Part shown: one piece after another, positions 63,366 through 64,000 of the stretch
Layout: every line of letters starts with the position of its first letter
How positions within the stretch are numbered: position 1 is the stretch's first letter
Source of the DNA: Candidatus Danuiimicrobium aquiferis
Lineage (GTDB): Bacteria; Omnitrophota; Omnitrophia; Omnitrophales; Danuiimicrobiaceae
NCBI GenBank assembly: GCA_001804285.1
Contig: MHFR01000053.1
Coordinates: forward strand, 79,857-143,856
Direction: 5' to 3'
DNA length: 64,000 bases
Program-made: the position numbers and the translations under genes
Notes under the pieces: model-generated
Told to the model about the DNA's origin: nothing
What the model saw: the letters and a program-made list of their open reading frames with translations, nothing else
The model's database searches: none

Positions 63366-64000
63366 ATGAACAACAAAAAGCAAGTGATTATTACAACTAT
63401 CATTATATTAGTGATCACAGCTGCTTTATTCAAACTCTTTTGGAAACCAACGCAAACTCCTCCATTAAAAACCTCCCAAACCATTTCGATTGCAGCCGTC
63501 GCTGACAAAATCGAACTATCCCCAGCACCGGTACAAGAAAAGAAAACTTTCCGGAAAAAATTGCTTAGAATTATTTTCCCGTTCCGAAGACAACAATCGT
63601 CAAAACCGCAATCTACTTTTTCCCAAGCGGCAAGAAGCTTGGTCCCTCCTCTTGAACTTTTTTATCAATATTTTGATTTTAACCAAAAAAATGCGCTTCG
63701 AAACTGGGAGGAAAAAATATTTTCAAACAGGGTAAAATATGACGTCGATTTCCAAGGACCCGACGGGTTTGTTCACGGCACAAGCCTTAAGGCAGCCTCG
63801 GCAATTTACTGCCGTATCAAATATGACTTGTCGGATTATCCTTATCTGTCGTGGAAATGGCGCGTTGTAAAATTTCCGGATAAAACAGCCGTTAGTGATC
63901 CGAAGCAACGCGACGATTATGCCGGCCGAGTTTACGTCATTTTTATGTCACGATTCTTTACCAATTTGAAATGTATCGAATATGTATGGGATCAATTTCT
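63366..64000 (+). CDS. DUF3047-like protein (partial, runs off the window)
   Basis: N-terminal TM; YPYLSWKWRV, DDYAGRVYVIF, IEYVWD. Confidence 0.8.
   Translation, partial: MNNKKQVIITTIIILVITAALFKLFWKPTQTPPLKTSQTISIAAVADKIELSPAPVQEKKTFRKKLLRIIFPFRRQQSSKPQSTFSQAARSLVPPLELFYQYFDFNQKNALRNWEEKIFSNRVKYDVDFQGPDGFVHGTSLKAASAIYCRIKYDLSDYPYLSWKWRVVKFPDKTAVSDPKQRDDYAGRVYVIFMSRFFTNLKCIEYVWDQF

Overview
Bacterial chromosomal segment; gene content and the giant gene suggest Candidatus Omnitrophota/PVC-like (inference). The left 19.7 kb is one open minus-strand reading frame that the ORF track misses because it runs off the window edge: GTG at 19727, at least 6,575 codons, with no in-frame stop found on manual translation to position 3. 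It encodes a signal peptide, a TraB/Tiki/ChaN-like N-terminal domain, then a string of unrelated enzyme-like modules: NUDIX, two SAM methyltransferases, GNAT-like, histidine-kinase ATPase, ADP-ribosyltransferase-like, nucleotidyltransferase, PPP phosphatase and zincin. The modules are punctuated by 20 copies of R-[S/A/T/N]-E-x-R, so it looks like a secreted, possibly self-processing polyprotein. The rest of the window holds housekeeping genes (queG, nth, polX, greA, queF, mqnE-like, ispG, nadA, thiC), an AT-richer glycosylation island bordered by an rtcB 3' remnant, a type IV pilus cluster, then rlmN, corA, malQ, an ACT protein and a DUF3047-like gene. Several families of small palindromic elements occur throughout, often nested and often inserted in frame inside proteins. 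Domain calls come from motifs read by eye, not from searches.
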